Shown here piece after piece: positions 8,095 to 15,490 of a stretch of 15,490 nucleotides of DNA. The stretch covers positions 1 through 15,490 of the IMG/VR virus record IMGVR_UViG_2693429774_000004; one strand, 5' to 3'. Within the stretch, counting starts at the first letter, position 1. The number at the start of each line of letters is the position of its first letter. A model generated the notes under the pieces. The model was given only the letters and a program-made list of their open reading frames with translations, did no database searches and had not been told where the DNA came from. Position numbers and translations under genes: made by a program. Source of the stretch: a virus. Lineage: Duplodnaviria; Heunggongvirae; Uroviricota; Caudoviricetes.

Positions 8095-8262
8095 TTAAAA
8101 ATGGGGCGTTGAAACGCCCCCAAAAATAAAGGGTAATATATAACAGAAGGTTTGTATAGTTAGAAGCAAGGTTGTGCTTCTAAAGGAAGTGGCTTGAGGG
8201 AGCCACTTATATGTTGGGGAGGCAAAGCCTCCCACAACATATCTTTTAGTAATCAAATTAGA
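8095..8262 (-). ncRNA. ipeX: Candidate small RNA from the nmpC 3' region (possibly IpeX-like), ending at a minus-strand intrinsic terminator
   Basis: On the minus strand the 8103-8120 hairpin is followed by ATTTTTAATAAC, a canonical terminator about 140-160 nt past the nmpC stop. I recall an sRNA named IpeX mapping beside nmpC in DLP12, but I cannot confirm its exact coordinates or strand from memory. Confidence 0.3.
8103..8247 (+). promoter_or_regulatory. Cluster of four stem-loops between quuD and nmpC: candidate late-promoter leader/qut region with terminator
   Basis: Stems at 8103-8120 (GGGGCGTT/AACGCCCC), 8162-8181 (AGAAGCA/TGCTTCT), 8187-8208 (AAGTGGCT/AGCCACTT) and 8211-8240 (ATGTTGGGGAGGC/GCCTCCCACAACAT, one bulge). 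The last is followed by ATCTTTTAG on the plus strand. Confidence 0.4.
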
Positions 8263-9340
8263 ACTGGTAAACCATACCTACAGCAACGATATCATCGGTA
8301 GCAACGCCAGATGCTTTCGTGAAATCGCTCTTATCAATCAGGTTGATTTTGTAGTCAACAAAAGTGGACATATTTTTGTTGAAGTAATAGGTTGCACCTA
8401 CATCAACATATTCAACCAGGTCCTGATCACCCCAAACACCCAAGTCTTTTCCTTTAGAATGCAGGTAAGCAACGGATGGACGCAGGCCGAAGTCGAACTG
8501 ATATTGTGCAACAGCTTCGAAGTTTTGTGCTTTGTTGGCAATATGGTTATTACCAAAAACAGTCATGTTCTGGGTTTCAGAATAGGTGGTGGCCAGATAG
8601 ATGTTGTTCGCATCATATTTCAGACCAGCTGCCCATACTTCAGCATTTTGACCAGAAGCATTCAGACCGTTGTTACCGTAGATAACCTGATTATTAGTGC
8701 GATCAGATTTAGCATAGGTTGCACCTACACCGAATCCTTCATACTCATAAGTAGTGGAGAAACCGAAACCATCACCATTAGCTTCAGTTACGTCAGTGCG
8801 GTCATTTTTACCCTGATACTGAGCAGCAAAGTTCAGACCATCAACCAGACCAAAGAAGTCGTTGTTACGATAAGTTGCAACACCAGTGGTGCGACCAGTC
8901 ATGAACACATCTGTTTGAGTCCAAGTGTCACCACCGAATTCTGGCAGGACGTCAGTCCACGCACCGATGTCGTATGCTACACCGTAGTTACGGCCGTAAT
9001 CGATGGAGCCGTAGTCACCGAATTTCAGGCCAGCGAAGGCAAGACGGGTTTTATCTTTGGAGGAACCTTGAGATTCAGCGCGGTTGCCTTTGAATTCATA
9101 TTCCCACTGACCGAAACCAGTCAGTTGATCGTTGATTTGGGTTTCACCTTTGAAGCCAAGACGGGCATAAGTAGTATCACCATCATCTGCATCATTAGAG
9201 GAGAAGTAGTGCTTAGCATTAACTTTCCCGTACAGATCCAGCTTGTTACTGTCTTTATTATAAATTTCAGCTGCCTGAGCAGACATCGCCATCAGTACTG
9301 ATGCAGCTACAGCAGAAATTGCCACTGTTAATTTTTTCAT
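8258..9340 (-). CDS. nmpC: Outer membrane general porin NmpC (OmpD/OmpC family), apparently intact
   Basis: 360-aa ORF with signal peptide [23 protein letters not shown], porin-typical Gly/Tyr/Asp-rich beta-strand composition and the conserved C-terminal motif VGMVYQF. Confidence 0.92.
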   Translation of the reverse strand: MKKLTVAISAVAASVLMAMSAQAAEIYNKDSNKLDLYGKVNAKHYFSSNDADDGDTTYARLGFKGETQINDQLTGFGQWEYEFKGNRAESQGSSKDKTRLAFAGLKFGDYGSIDYGRNYGVAYDIGAWTDVLPEFGGDTWTQTDVFMTGRTTGVATYRNNDFFGLVDGLNFAAQYQGKNDRTDVTEANGDGFGFSTTYEYEGFGVGATYAKSDRTNNQVIYGNNGLNASGQNAEVWAAGLKYDANNIYLATTYSETQNMTVFGNNHIANKAQNFEAVAQYQFDFGLRPSVAYLHSKGKDLGVWGDQDLVEYVDVGATYYFNKNMSTFVDYKINLIDKSDFTKASGVATDDIVAVGMVYQF

Positions 9341-9928
9341 CGTGAGCCCTTTTTTTTGAACTATTATTAAAAAATGATGTCACTGCGCGATAAATATTCA
9401 TCTAATCAATGTGATTATTTCAAGATGTAAGTTTTAGTTTCTCATTTAATTTGTGAAGTAGATCTCTATTTTTATCTGAACTTTTTCTATCGAAACCTAT
9501 TTATGGCTCTTATTTGAACAAAAATAAACCTATTAGCTAATTTATATTAATGGCTGTTATTTATGGGGGGTCTATAATTCGATGGTTTAATTTAAATTAA
9601 CTAAAAATAACGCCGGAAATTATTTATTGGTTATTTGTTGAGGTTTTCTTATGTATTTGTGGTGGTGTTTTGAACACTCGGTAGCATTCTCATAAATATC
9701 ATTCAGTGGTTTACGTACGTAAAAAATTGGTTATGCTGTTAAGAGTGGTTACTTCGTCACACAGCTTAAACCCGCCGTCGAGCTGGTTTTTCCATTTTTT
9801 GAGTCTCGATATTAGCTGATAACTCAATACCTGAGTTATTCACTGACTCCGAGTCTGTTACGTTTCTGCTTTTTTGCGATACGTTGTATTCCCTCAATTT
9901 ACACCCGCTTTGTCTGCGAGGTGGGGTT

Positions 9929-10144
9929 ATGAAATCCATGGATAAGTTAACAACGGGTGTCGCCTATGGCACCTCAGCAGGTAGTGCCGGTTACTGGTTT
10001 TTACAGCTGCTCGATAAAGTCACGCCCTCACAGTGGGCAGCAATAGGTGTGCTGGGTAGCCTGGTATTTGGCCTGCTGACGTACCTGACAAACCTTTATT
10101 TCAAGATTAAAGAAGATAAGCGCAAGGCTGCGAGAGGTGAATAA
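9929..10144 (+). CDS. essD: Class II holin / pinholin (phage 21 S-like) with dual-start motif
   Basis: 71-aa protein [71 protein letters not shown]. Met1 and Met4 give the classic antiholin/holin dual start; two TMDs. The ORF track starts at an upstream in-frame Met. Stop overlaps the rrrD ATG. Confidence 0.9.
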
Positions 10145-10641
10145 TGCCTCCATCATTACGAAAAGCCGTTGCTGCTGCTATTGGTGGCGGAGCAATTGCT
10201 ATAGCATCAGTGTTAATCACTGGCCCAAGTGGTAACGATGGTCTGGAAGGTGTCAGCTACATACCATACAAAGATATTGTTGGTGTATGGACCGTATGTC
10301 ACGGGCATACAGGAAAAGACATCATGCTCGGTAAAACGTATACCAAAGCAGAATGCAAAGCACTCTTGAATAAAGACCTTGCCACTGTCGCCAGACAAAT
10401 TAACCCATACATCGAAGTCGATATACCGGAAACAACGCGCGGCGCTCTTTACTCATTCGTTTACAACGTGGGTGCTGGCAATTTCAGAACATCGACGCTT
10501 CTTCGCAAAATAAACCAGGGCGATATCAAAGGCGCATGTGATCAGTTACGTCGCTGGACATATGCTGGCGGTAAGCAATGGAAAGGTCTCATGACTCGTC
10601 GTGAGATTGAGCGTGAAATCTGTTTGTGGGGTCAGCAATGA
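10144..10641 (+). CDS. rrrD: SAR (signal-anchor-release) endolysin, lysozyme of the phage 21 R type
   Basis: 165-aa ORF. N-terminal Gly/Ala-rich weakly hydrophobic segment ([20 protein letters not shown]) typical of SAR domains, followed by a lysozyme catalytic region. Confidence 0.92.
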   Translation: MPPSLRKAVAAAIGGGAIAIASVLITGPSGNDGLEGVSYIPYKDIVGVWTVCHGHTGKDIMLGKTYTKAECKALLNKDLATVARQINPYIEVDIPETTRGALYSFVYNVGAGNFRTSTLLRKINQGDIKGACDQLRRWTYAGGKQWKGLMTRREIEREICLWGQQ

Positions 10642-11099
10642 ACAGAGTAACCGCGATTATCTCCGCTCTGGTTATCTGCATCATCGTCTGCCTGTCATGG
10701 GCTGTTAATCATTACCGTGATAACGCCATTACCTATAAAGCCCAGCGCGACAAAAATGCCAAAGAACTGAAGCTGGCGAACGCGGCAATTACTGACATGC
10801 AGATGCGTCAGCGTGATGTTGCTGCGCTCGATGCAAAATACACGAAGGAGTTAGCTGATGCGAAAGCTGAAAATGATGCTCTGCGTGATGATGTTGCCGC
10901 TGGTCGTCGTCGGTTGCACATCAAAGCAGTCTGTCAGTCAGTGCGTGAAGCCACCACCGCCTCCGGCGTGGATAATGCAGCCTCCCCCCGACTGGCAGAC
11001 ACCGCTGAACAGGATTATTTCACCCTCAGAGAGAGGCTGATCACTATGCAAAAACAACTGGAAGGAACCCAGAAGTATATTAATGAGCAGTGCAGATAG
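10638..11099 (+). CDS. rzpD: Spanin inner-membrane subunit Rz (i-spanin)
   Basis: 153-aa protein from the ATG at 10638 ([26 protein letters not shown]...), with an N-terminal TMD and coiled-coil periplasmic region. Start overlaps the rrrD stop. Confidence 0.9.
   Translation: MNRVTAIISALVICIIVCLSWAVNHYRDNAITYKAQRDKNAKELKLANAAITDMQMRQRDVAALDAKYTKELADAKAENDALRDDVAAGRRRLHIKAVCQSVREATTASGVDNAASPRLADTAEQDYFTLRERLITMQKQLEGTQKYINEQCR
10858..11040 (+). CDS. rzoD: Spanin outer-membrane lipoprotein subunit Rz1 (o-spanin), embedded in the +1 frame of rzpD
   Basis: 60-aa [27 protein letters not shown]... with a lipobox (VVGC) and proline-rich mature region ([15 protein letters not shown]), lying entirely inside rzpD. 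Confidence 0.85.
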   Translation: MRKLKMMLCVMMLPLVVVGCTSKQSVSQCVKPPPPPAWIMQPPPDWQTPLNRIISPSERG

Positions 11100-11130
11100 A
11101 GCTGCCCATATCGATGGGCAACTCATGCAA

Positions 11131-11424
11131 TTATTGTGAGCAATACACACGCGCTTCCAGCGGAGTATAAATGCCTAAAGTAATAAAACCGAGCAATCCA
11201 TTTACGAATGTTTGCTGGGTTTCTGTTTTAACAACATTTTCTGCGCCGCCACAAATTTTGGCTGCATCAACAGTTTTCTCCTGTCCAATTCCCGAAACGA
11301 AGAAGTGATGGGTGATGGTTTCCTTTGGTGTTACTGCTGTCGGTTTGTTTCCAACAGTAAACGTCTGTTGAGCACATCCTGTAATAAGCATTGCCAGAGC
11401 GGCAGAAAACAACATTTTTTTCAT
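11131..11424 (-). CDS. borD: Bor-family outer-membrane lipoprotein (serum-resistance protein homolog)
   Basis: 97-aa protein from the internal Met (MKKMLFSAALAMLITGCAQQTFTV...EARVYCSQ) with lipobox LITGC; near-identical to lambda Bor from memory. The ORF track starts 16 codons upstream. Confidence 0.9.
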   Translation of the reverse strand: MKKMLFSAALAMLITGCAQQTFTVGNKPTAVTPKETITHHFFVSGIGQEKTVDAAKICGGAENVVKTETQQTFVNGLLGFITLGIYTPLEARVYCSQ

Positions 11425-11786
11425 CTTATTATCCTGCATTGTTAAAAACGGCAGAATCCTATGTGACAACAATTAAACGATAGTTAAATGGATTGATGAA
11501 AATTAAAACTATATAGGTGTACGCTCAGACTATTGGAGGAAGTTGGGGACACTCAGAATCCTGTGGAATGAAATAAACCGGTCTATCCGTCTATTACCCT
11601 TTTAGCTGCGCTGTATCGTCGCCGTATTCCCGCATTAACCATGACCGTAGCCCGACGGGGAATTCCTTCTGCGTGAGTGTGCGGGAATAATCAAAAACGA
11701 TGCACACCGGGTTTTACTGTGCTGACAGACGCAGGGTTACCCTCATAGTCGCTTTTCCGGTGCGATGGTGGAAGAAACCGGGATGT

Positions 11787-11981
11787 TCATCCATCATCAC
11801 TTTGGATTGATGTATATGCTCTCTTTTCTGACGTTAGTCTCCGACGGCAGGCTTCAATGACCCAGGCTGAGAAATTCCCAGACCCTTTTTGCTCAAGAGC
11901 GATGTTAATTTGTTCAATCATTTGGTTAGGAAAGCGGATGTTGCGGGTTGTTGTTCTGCGGGTTTTGTTCTTCGTTGACAT
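11787..11981 (-). CDS. ylcI: Small ribbon-helix-helix-like protein near the prophage right end (YlcI-like)
   Basis: 64-aa ORF MSTKNKTRRTTTRNIRFPNQMIEQINIALEQKGSGNFSAWVIEACRRRL... Basic N-terminus, then a strand-helix-helix pattern compatible with an RHH fold. The flanking DNA matches the lambda right end as I recall it. Confidence 0.5.
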   Translation of the reverse strand: MSTKNKTRRTTTRNIRFPNQMIEQINIALEQKGSGNFSAWVIEACRRRLTSEKRAYTSIQSDDG

Positions 11982-12180
11982 GAGGTTGCCCCGTATTCAG
12001 TGTCGCTGATTTGTATTGTCTGAAGTTGTTTTTACGTTAAGTTGATGCAGATCAATTAATACGATACCTGCGTCATAATTGATTATTTGACGTGGTTTGA
12101 TGGCGTAGATGCACGTTGTGACATATAGATGATAATTATTATCATTTTGCGGGTCCTTTCCGGCGATCCGACAGGTTACG

Positions 12181-12192
12181 GGGCGGCGACCT
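12181..12192 (+). other. cosN: lambda-type 12-nt cohesive-end sequence
   Basis: GGGCGGCGACCT, preceded by ...CCGACAGGTTACG and followed by CGCGGGTTTTCGCTATTTATGAAAATTTTCCGG, i.e. the junction of lambda right and left ends as I recall them. Confidence 0.85.
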
Positions 12193-12369
12193 CGCGGGTT
12201 TTCGCTATTTATGAAAATTTTCCGGTTTAAGGTGTTTCCGTTCTTCTTCGTCGTAACTTAATGTTTTTATTTAAAATACCCCCTGAAAAGAAAGGAAACG
12301 ACAGGTGCTGAAAACGAGCTTTTGGGCCTCTGTCGTTTCCTTTCTCTGTTTTTGGCCGTGGAATGAACA
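12193..12369 (+). other. cosB region (terminase small-subunit binding sites and IHF site) between cosN and the nohD start
   Basis: Position and near-identity to the first ~180 nt of the lambda left end. Individual R3/R2/R1 sites not mapped. Confidence 0.6.
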
Positions 12370-12511
12370 ATGGAAGTCAACAAAAAGCAGCTGGCTGACA
12401 TTTTCGGTGCGAGTATCCGTACCATTCAGAACTGGCAGGAACAGGGAATGCCCGTTCTGCGAGGCGGTGGCAAGGGTAATGAGGTGCTTTATGACTCTGC
12501 CGCCGTCATAA
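12305..12511 (+). CDS. ybcW: 68-codon ORF overlapping cosB and the 5' end of nohD (YbcW-like); doubtful coding status
   Basis: ORF present in the track. I recall a 68-aa ybcW annotated at this position in K-12, but it lies in a different frame across cosB and nohD and the same DNA in lambda is not considered coding. Confidence 0.15.
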   Translation: MLKTSFWASVVSFLCFWPWNEQWKSTKSSWLTFSVRVSVPFRTGRNRECPFCEAVARVMRCFMTLPPS

Positions 12512-12915
12512 AATGGTATGCCGAAAGGGATGCTGAAATTGAGAACGAAAAGCTGCGCCGGGAAGTTGAAGAACTGCGGCAGGCCAGCGAGACAGATCTC
12601 CAGCCAGGGACTATTGAGTACGAACGCCATCGACTTACGCGTGCGCAGGCCGACGCACAGGAGCTGAAAAATGCCAGAGACTCCGCTGAAGTGGTGGAAA
12701 CCGCATTCTGTACTTTCGTGCTGTCGCGGATCGCAGGTGAAATTGCCAGTATTCTCGACGGGATCCCCCTGTCGGTGCAGCGGCGTTTTCCGGAACTGGA
12801 AAACCGACATGTTGATTTCCTGAAACGGGATATCATCAAAGCCATGAACAAAGCAGCCGCGCTGGATGAACTGATACCGGGGTTGCTGAGTGAATATATC
12901 GAACAGTCAGGTTAA
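12370..12915 (+). CDS. nohD: Terminase small subunit Nu1 homolog (cos-binding), full length
   Basis: 181-aa ORF MEVNKKQLADIFGASIRTIQNWQEQGMPVLRGGGKGNEVLYDSAAVIKWYAERDAEIENEKLRREVEELRQ...GLLSEYIEQSG, essentially lambda Nu1, with a winged-HTH N-terminus. Confidence 0.93.
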   Translation: MEVNKKQLADIFGASIRTIQNWQEQGMPVLRGGGKGNEVLYDSAAVIKWYAERDAEIENEKLRREVEELRQASETDLQPGTIEYERHRLTRAQADAQELKNARDSAEVVETAFCTFVLSRIAGEIASILDGIPLSVQRRFPELENRHVDFLKRDIIKAMNKAAALDELIPGLLSEYIEQSG

Positions 12916-13135
12916 CAGGCTGCGGCATTTTGTCCGCGCCGGGCTTCGCTCACTGTTCAGGCCGGAGCCACAGACCGCCGTTGAATGGGCGGATGCTAAT
13001 TACTATCTCCCGAAAGAATCCGCATACCAGGAAGGGCGCTGGGAAACACTGCCCTTTCAGCGGGCCATCATGAATGCGATGGGCAGCGACTACATCCGTG
13101 AGGTGAATGTGGTGAAGTCTGCCCGTGTCGGTTAA
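12890..13135 (+). pseudogene. N-terminal 81-codon stub of terminase large subunit A
   Basis: [81 protein letters not shown] matches the lambda gpA N-terminus, then stops at 13133-13135 where homology ends. Start overlaps the nohD 3' end as in lambda. Confidence 0.85.
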
Positions 13136-13185
13136 CCGCGCTGACAGACAATACGCAGGGGGCAGCAGGTCTTGAGTTATACGAG

Positions 13186-14088
13186 GTGTATAACAACGGA
13201 TATCCAACAGCGTATGGAAATATCATTCACCTGAAAGGGATGACAGCCGTTGGCGAAGGTGAGTTACTCATCGGCTGGAGTGGTACAAGCGGTGCTCATG
13301 CTCCGGCATTTATTCGTTCACGACGGGATACGACCGACGCAAACTGGTCGCCGTGGGCGCAGCTTTACACCTCGGCTCATCCTCCTGCAGAGTTTTATCC
13401 AGTCGGTGCACCAATCCCGTGGCCATCAGATACCGTTCCGTCTGGTTATGCCCTGATGCAGGGGCAGACTTTTGACAAATCTGCATACCCGAAACTTGCA
13501 GTTGCTTATCCGTCAGGCGTGATCCCTGATATGCGTGGCTGGACGATTAAGGGCAAGCCCGCCAGTGGTCGGGCCGTATTATCTCAGGAACAGGACGGCA
13601 TTAAATCGCACACCCACAGCGCCAGCGCATCCAGTACGGATTTGGGGACGAAAACCACATCGTCGTTTGATTACGGAACCAAATCCACGAATAACACCGG
13701 GGCGCATACCCATAGTATTAGCGGGACCGCAAATAGTGCCGGCGCGCACCAACACAAGAGTTCCGGTGCATTTGGTGGCACGAACACGAGCATTTTCCCT
13801 AATGGTTATACCGCGATTTCAAATCCAAGCGCGGGGATTATGAGCACAACAAGCGGTAGTGGCCAGACTCGTAATGCAGGGAAGACATCATCAGATGGTG
13901 CTCATACCCACTCGCTGTCCGGCACTGCTGCAATCGCAGGCGCACATGCACATACTGTCGGTATTGGTGCTCATACGCACTCCGTTGCGATTGGCTCACA
14001 TGGACACACCATCACCGTTAACGCTGCGGGTAACGCGGAAAACACCGTCAAAAACATCGCATTTAACTATATTGTGAGGCTTGCATAA
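13186..14088 (+). pseudogene. C-terminal fragment of a side tail fibre gene (lambda Stf / T4 gp37-like distal domain)
   Basis: 300-aa ORF ending ...[14 protein letters not shown] like lambda Stf, with seven His-x-His motifs. No N-terminal tail-attachment region. The frame is open from about 13117; the track start at 13186 is GTG. Confidence 0.85.
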
Positions 14089-14669
14089 TGGCATTCAGAA
14101 TGAGTGAACAAGCACGGACCATAAAAATTTATAATCTGCTGGCCGGAACTAATGAATTTATTGGTGAAGGTGACGCATATATTCCGCCTCATACAGGTCT
14201 GCCAGCAAACAGTACCGATATTGCACCACCAGATATTCCGGCAGGCTTCGTGGCTGTTTTCAACAGTGATGAGGCATCGTGGCATCTCGTTGAAGACCAT
14301 CGGGGTAAAACGGTTTATGACGTGGCTTCCGGCGACGCGTTATTTATTTCTGAACTCGGTCCGTTACCGGAAAATGTTACCTGGTTGTCGCCGGGAGGGG
14401 AATATCAGAAGTGGAACGGCACAGCCTGGGTGAAGGATACGGAAGCAGAAAAACTGTTCCGGATCCGGGAGGCAGAAGAAACAAAAAACAGCCTGATGCA
14501 GGTAGCCAGTGAGCATATTGCGCCACTTCAGGATGCTGTAGATCTGGAAATCGCAACGGAGGAAGAAACCTTGTTGCTGGAAGCCTGGAAAAAGTATCGG
14601 GTGTTGCTGAACCGTGTTGATACATTAACTGCACCGGATATTGAATGGCCAGTAGCACCTATAGGGTAA
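14088..14669 (+). CDS. tfaD: Tail fibre assembly protein Tfa
   Basis: 193-aa [57 protein letters not shown]... near-identical to lambda Tfa from memory. ATG overlaps the stf stop (TAATG). Confidence 0.9.
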   Translation: MAFRMSEQARTIKIYNLLAGTNEFIGEGDAYIPPHTGLPANSTDIAPPDIPAGFVAVFNSDEASWHLVEDHRGKTVYDVASGDALFISELGPLPENVTWLSPGGEYQKWNGTAWVKDTEAEKLFRIREAEETKNSLMQVASEHIAPLQDAVDLEIATEEETLLLEAWKKYRVLLNRVDTLTAPDIEWPVAPIG

Positions 14670-14754
14670 ATTCGTAATGATTACCTAAATACGTTATTCT
14701 TTTGTTAAAAAAGTGATTTTGCTATAGGTAGGGAGTATGTTCTTGGATTAAGAA

Positions 14755-14786
14755 TAAAAAATCGCCATGAAAGAGCTTCATGGCGA
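14755..14786 (-). terminator. Perfect 10-bp stem-loop with adjacent A6/T6 tract, terminator-like in minus orientation
   Basis: TCGCCATGAA (14762-14771) pairs with TTCATGGCGA (14777-14786) around a 5-nt loop. AAAAAA lies immediately upstream on the plus strand, which is a U-tract after the hairpin on the minus strand. Confidence 0.3.
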
Positions 14787-15418
14787 GTACATAAACGTAC
14801 AAAATGTGATGAAAGTAGAGTGGCGTAAGCCACTATATTAAGATATGACAATAGCGAAGAAAAGTAAATAACATTTCATGGACGTTTAATTGTTAATTAT
14901 AAAAACTAGAGTGCCCGATATTGTTTATCTTGCTTTAAAATAATGTACTCAAACCAAATTTTTGAGCTAAAAGCTCAAATAATATAAATGCAATAATAAT
15001 GTTTAATAAGACAATTAGCTTGCTTTGTATTTTCATTTCGGAATACTGTTAAGTAACTTTGATGACCCTAACAATAGATCGGAATTTTCTTAGAGTCAAT
15101 GGTCACTGTTTTTGCTTGCAAAGCAAATGTTTTGGTGGTTATAAGTTGTCTTAATATAGTCACGCATGCAACTTGTTCCATGCGGAGATTAAAGATTGGA
15201 ATATAACGCGAAGATGGAATTAAATTACATTTGCAATAATCAATTTATTATTACTCAATAATTACCGATATTATTATTGTAAATTAATCATTAGAGTGCA
15301 AAAAGAAATGTAACGGCAAAATAAGAGGACGATAGCTGAGAAAAAAGCGTGCTTTCCCAATCTGGGGCAAATCACGTCTGAATGACACCTGAAAACAGGT
15401 GGTAGCCTCAAGAAGGCT

Positions 15419-15490
15419 GGTGATGCTGCCAACTTACTGATTTAGTGTATGATGGTGTTTTTGAGGTGCTCCAGTGGCTTCTGTTTCTAT
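15419..15490 (+). mobile_element. IS1 left end (terminal inverted repeat and start of insA), truncated by the window edge
   Basis: GGTGATGCTGCCAACTTACTGATTTAGTGTATGATGGTGTTTTTGAGGTGCTCCAGTGGCTTCTGTTTCTAT matches the IS1 terminus as I remember it. insA appears to start at the GTG at 15474 (V/M-A-S-V-S-I...). Confidence 0.85.

Noticed and set aside
8459-9301. 280-aa ORF on the plus strand covering most of nmpC
   Set aside because: Lies entirely antisense to a high-confidence porin gene; the translation is low-complexity with no recognisable domain. A by-product of the stop-poor antisense frame of a Gly/Tyr/Asp-rich gene.
11103-11120. Palindrome TGCCCAT-ATCG-ATGGGCA between convergent rzpD and borD as a bidirectional terminator
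   Set aside because: A 7-bp stem with no U-tract on either strand; may be a processing or protein-binding site, but evidence for termination is weak.
11212-11445. 77-aa plus-strand ORF overlapping borD
   Set aside because: Antisense to the Bor lipoprotein gene, Cys-rich nonsense translation, no ribosome-binding site.
12271-12810. 179-aa ORF antisense to nohD and cosB
   Set aside because: Completely overlapped by the strongly supported Nu1 homolog on the other strand; no start context or recognisable motif.
13600-14010. Possible CRISPR-like or tandem repeat array suggested by recurring GGCGCNCATAC-type DNA motifs
   Set aside because: The repeats are short, imperfect, irregularly spaced and in frame within the Stf coding sequence. 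They encode the His-x-His protein repeats and have no spacer/repeat architecture.
13535-14077. Two ORFs (102 and 72 aa) in alternative plus frames inside the tail-fibre remnant
   Set aside because: Arg/Pro-rich translations typical of off-frame reading of GC-rich repeat DNA; the in-frame Stf reading is unambiguous.
1-15490. tRNA or rRNA genes, CRISPR arrays, toxin-antitoxin pairs or known defence-system signatures
   Set aside because: No cloverleaf-like conserved tRNA sequence, no repeat-spacer array, and no ORF with motifs I recognise from restriction, abortive-infection or nucleotide-signalling defence families. The coding content is accounted for by prophage and cargo genes.

Overview
This window reads as the interior of a defective lambdoid prophage of the E. 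coli DLP12 type, heavily deleted and carrying cargo genes; I see nothing that looks like a new defence or other undescribed system. All homology calls are from my own recognition of the translated ORFs, not from a search. Left to right: a lambda-exonuclease homolog (minus) fused at a deletion scar to the C-terminal tail of replication protein O, then intact P and ren. An AT-rich cargo island follows (emrE, a large serine recombinase ybcK, the PEBP-family periplasmic protein ybcL, an AraC-family regulator ybcM). Next is a translationally coupled nin-type recombination block (ylcH?, ybcN, ninE, ybcO, rusA, ylcG) and the Q antiterminator quuD. A hairpin-rich leader precedes an intact nmpC porin gene lying antisense to late transcription, and a roughly 590-bp AT-rich gap precedes a phage-21-type lysis cassette (essD, rrrD, rzpD with embedded rzoD). 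The right arm has borD, a small RHH-like ORF, a lambda-like cos site, nohD (Nu1), an 81-codon stub of terminase A, the C-terminal part of a side tail fibre gene, tfaD, an ORF-free AT-rich stretch, and the first 72 bp of IS1 at the edge. As far as I recall the K-12 reference carries insertion sequences in nmpC and in the replication region; none is present here, so this is probably another strain. The most open questions are the orphan recombinase, two intergenic inverted-repeat/hairpin clusters (one may encode an sRNA), and the intact cos plus Nu1 without any capsid genes.
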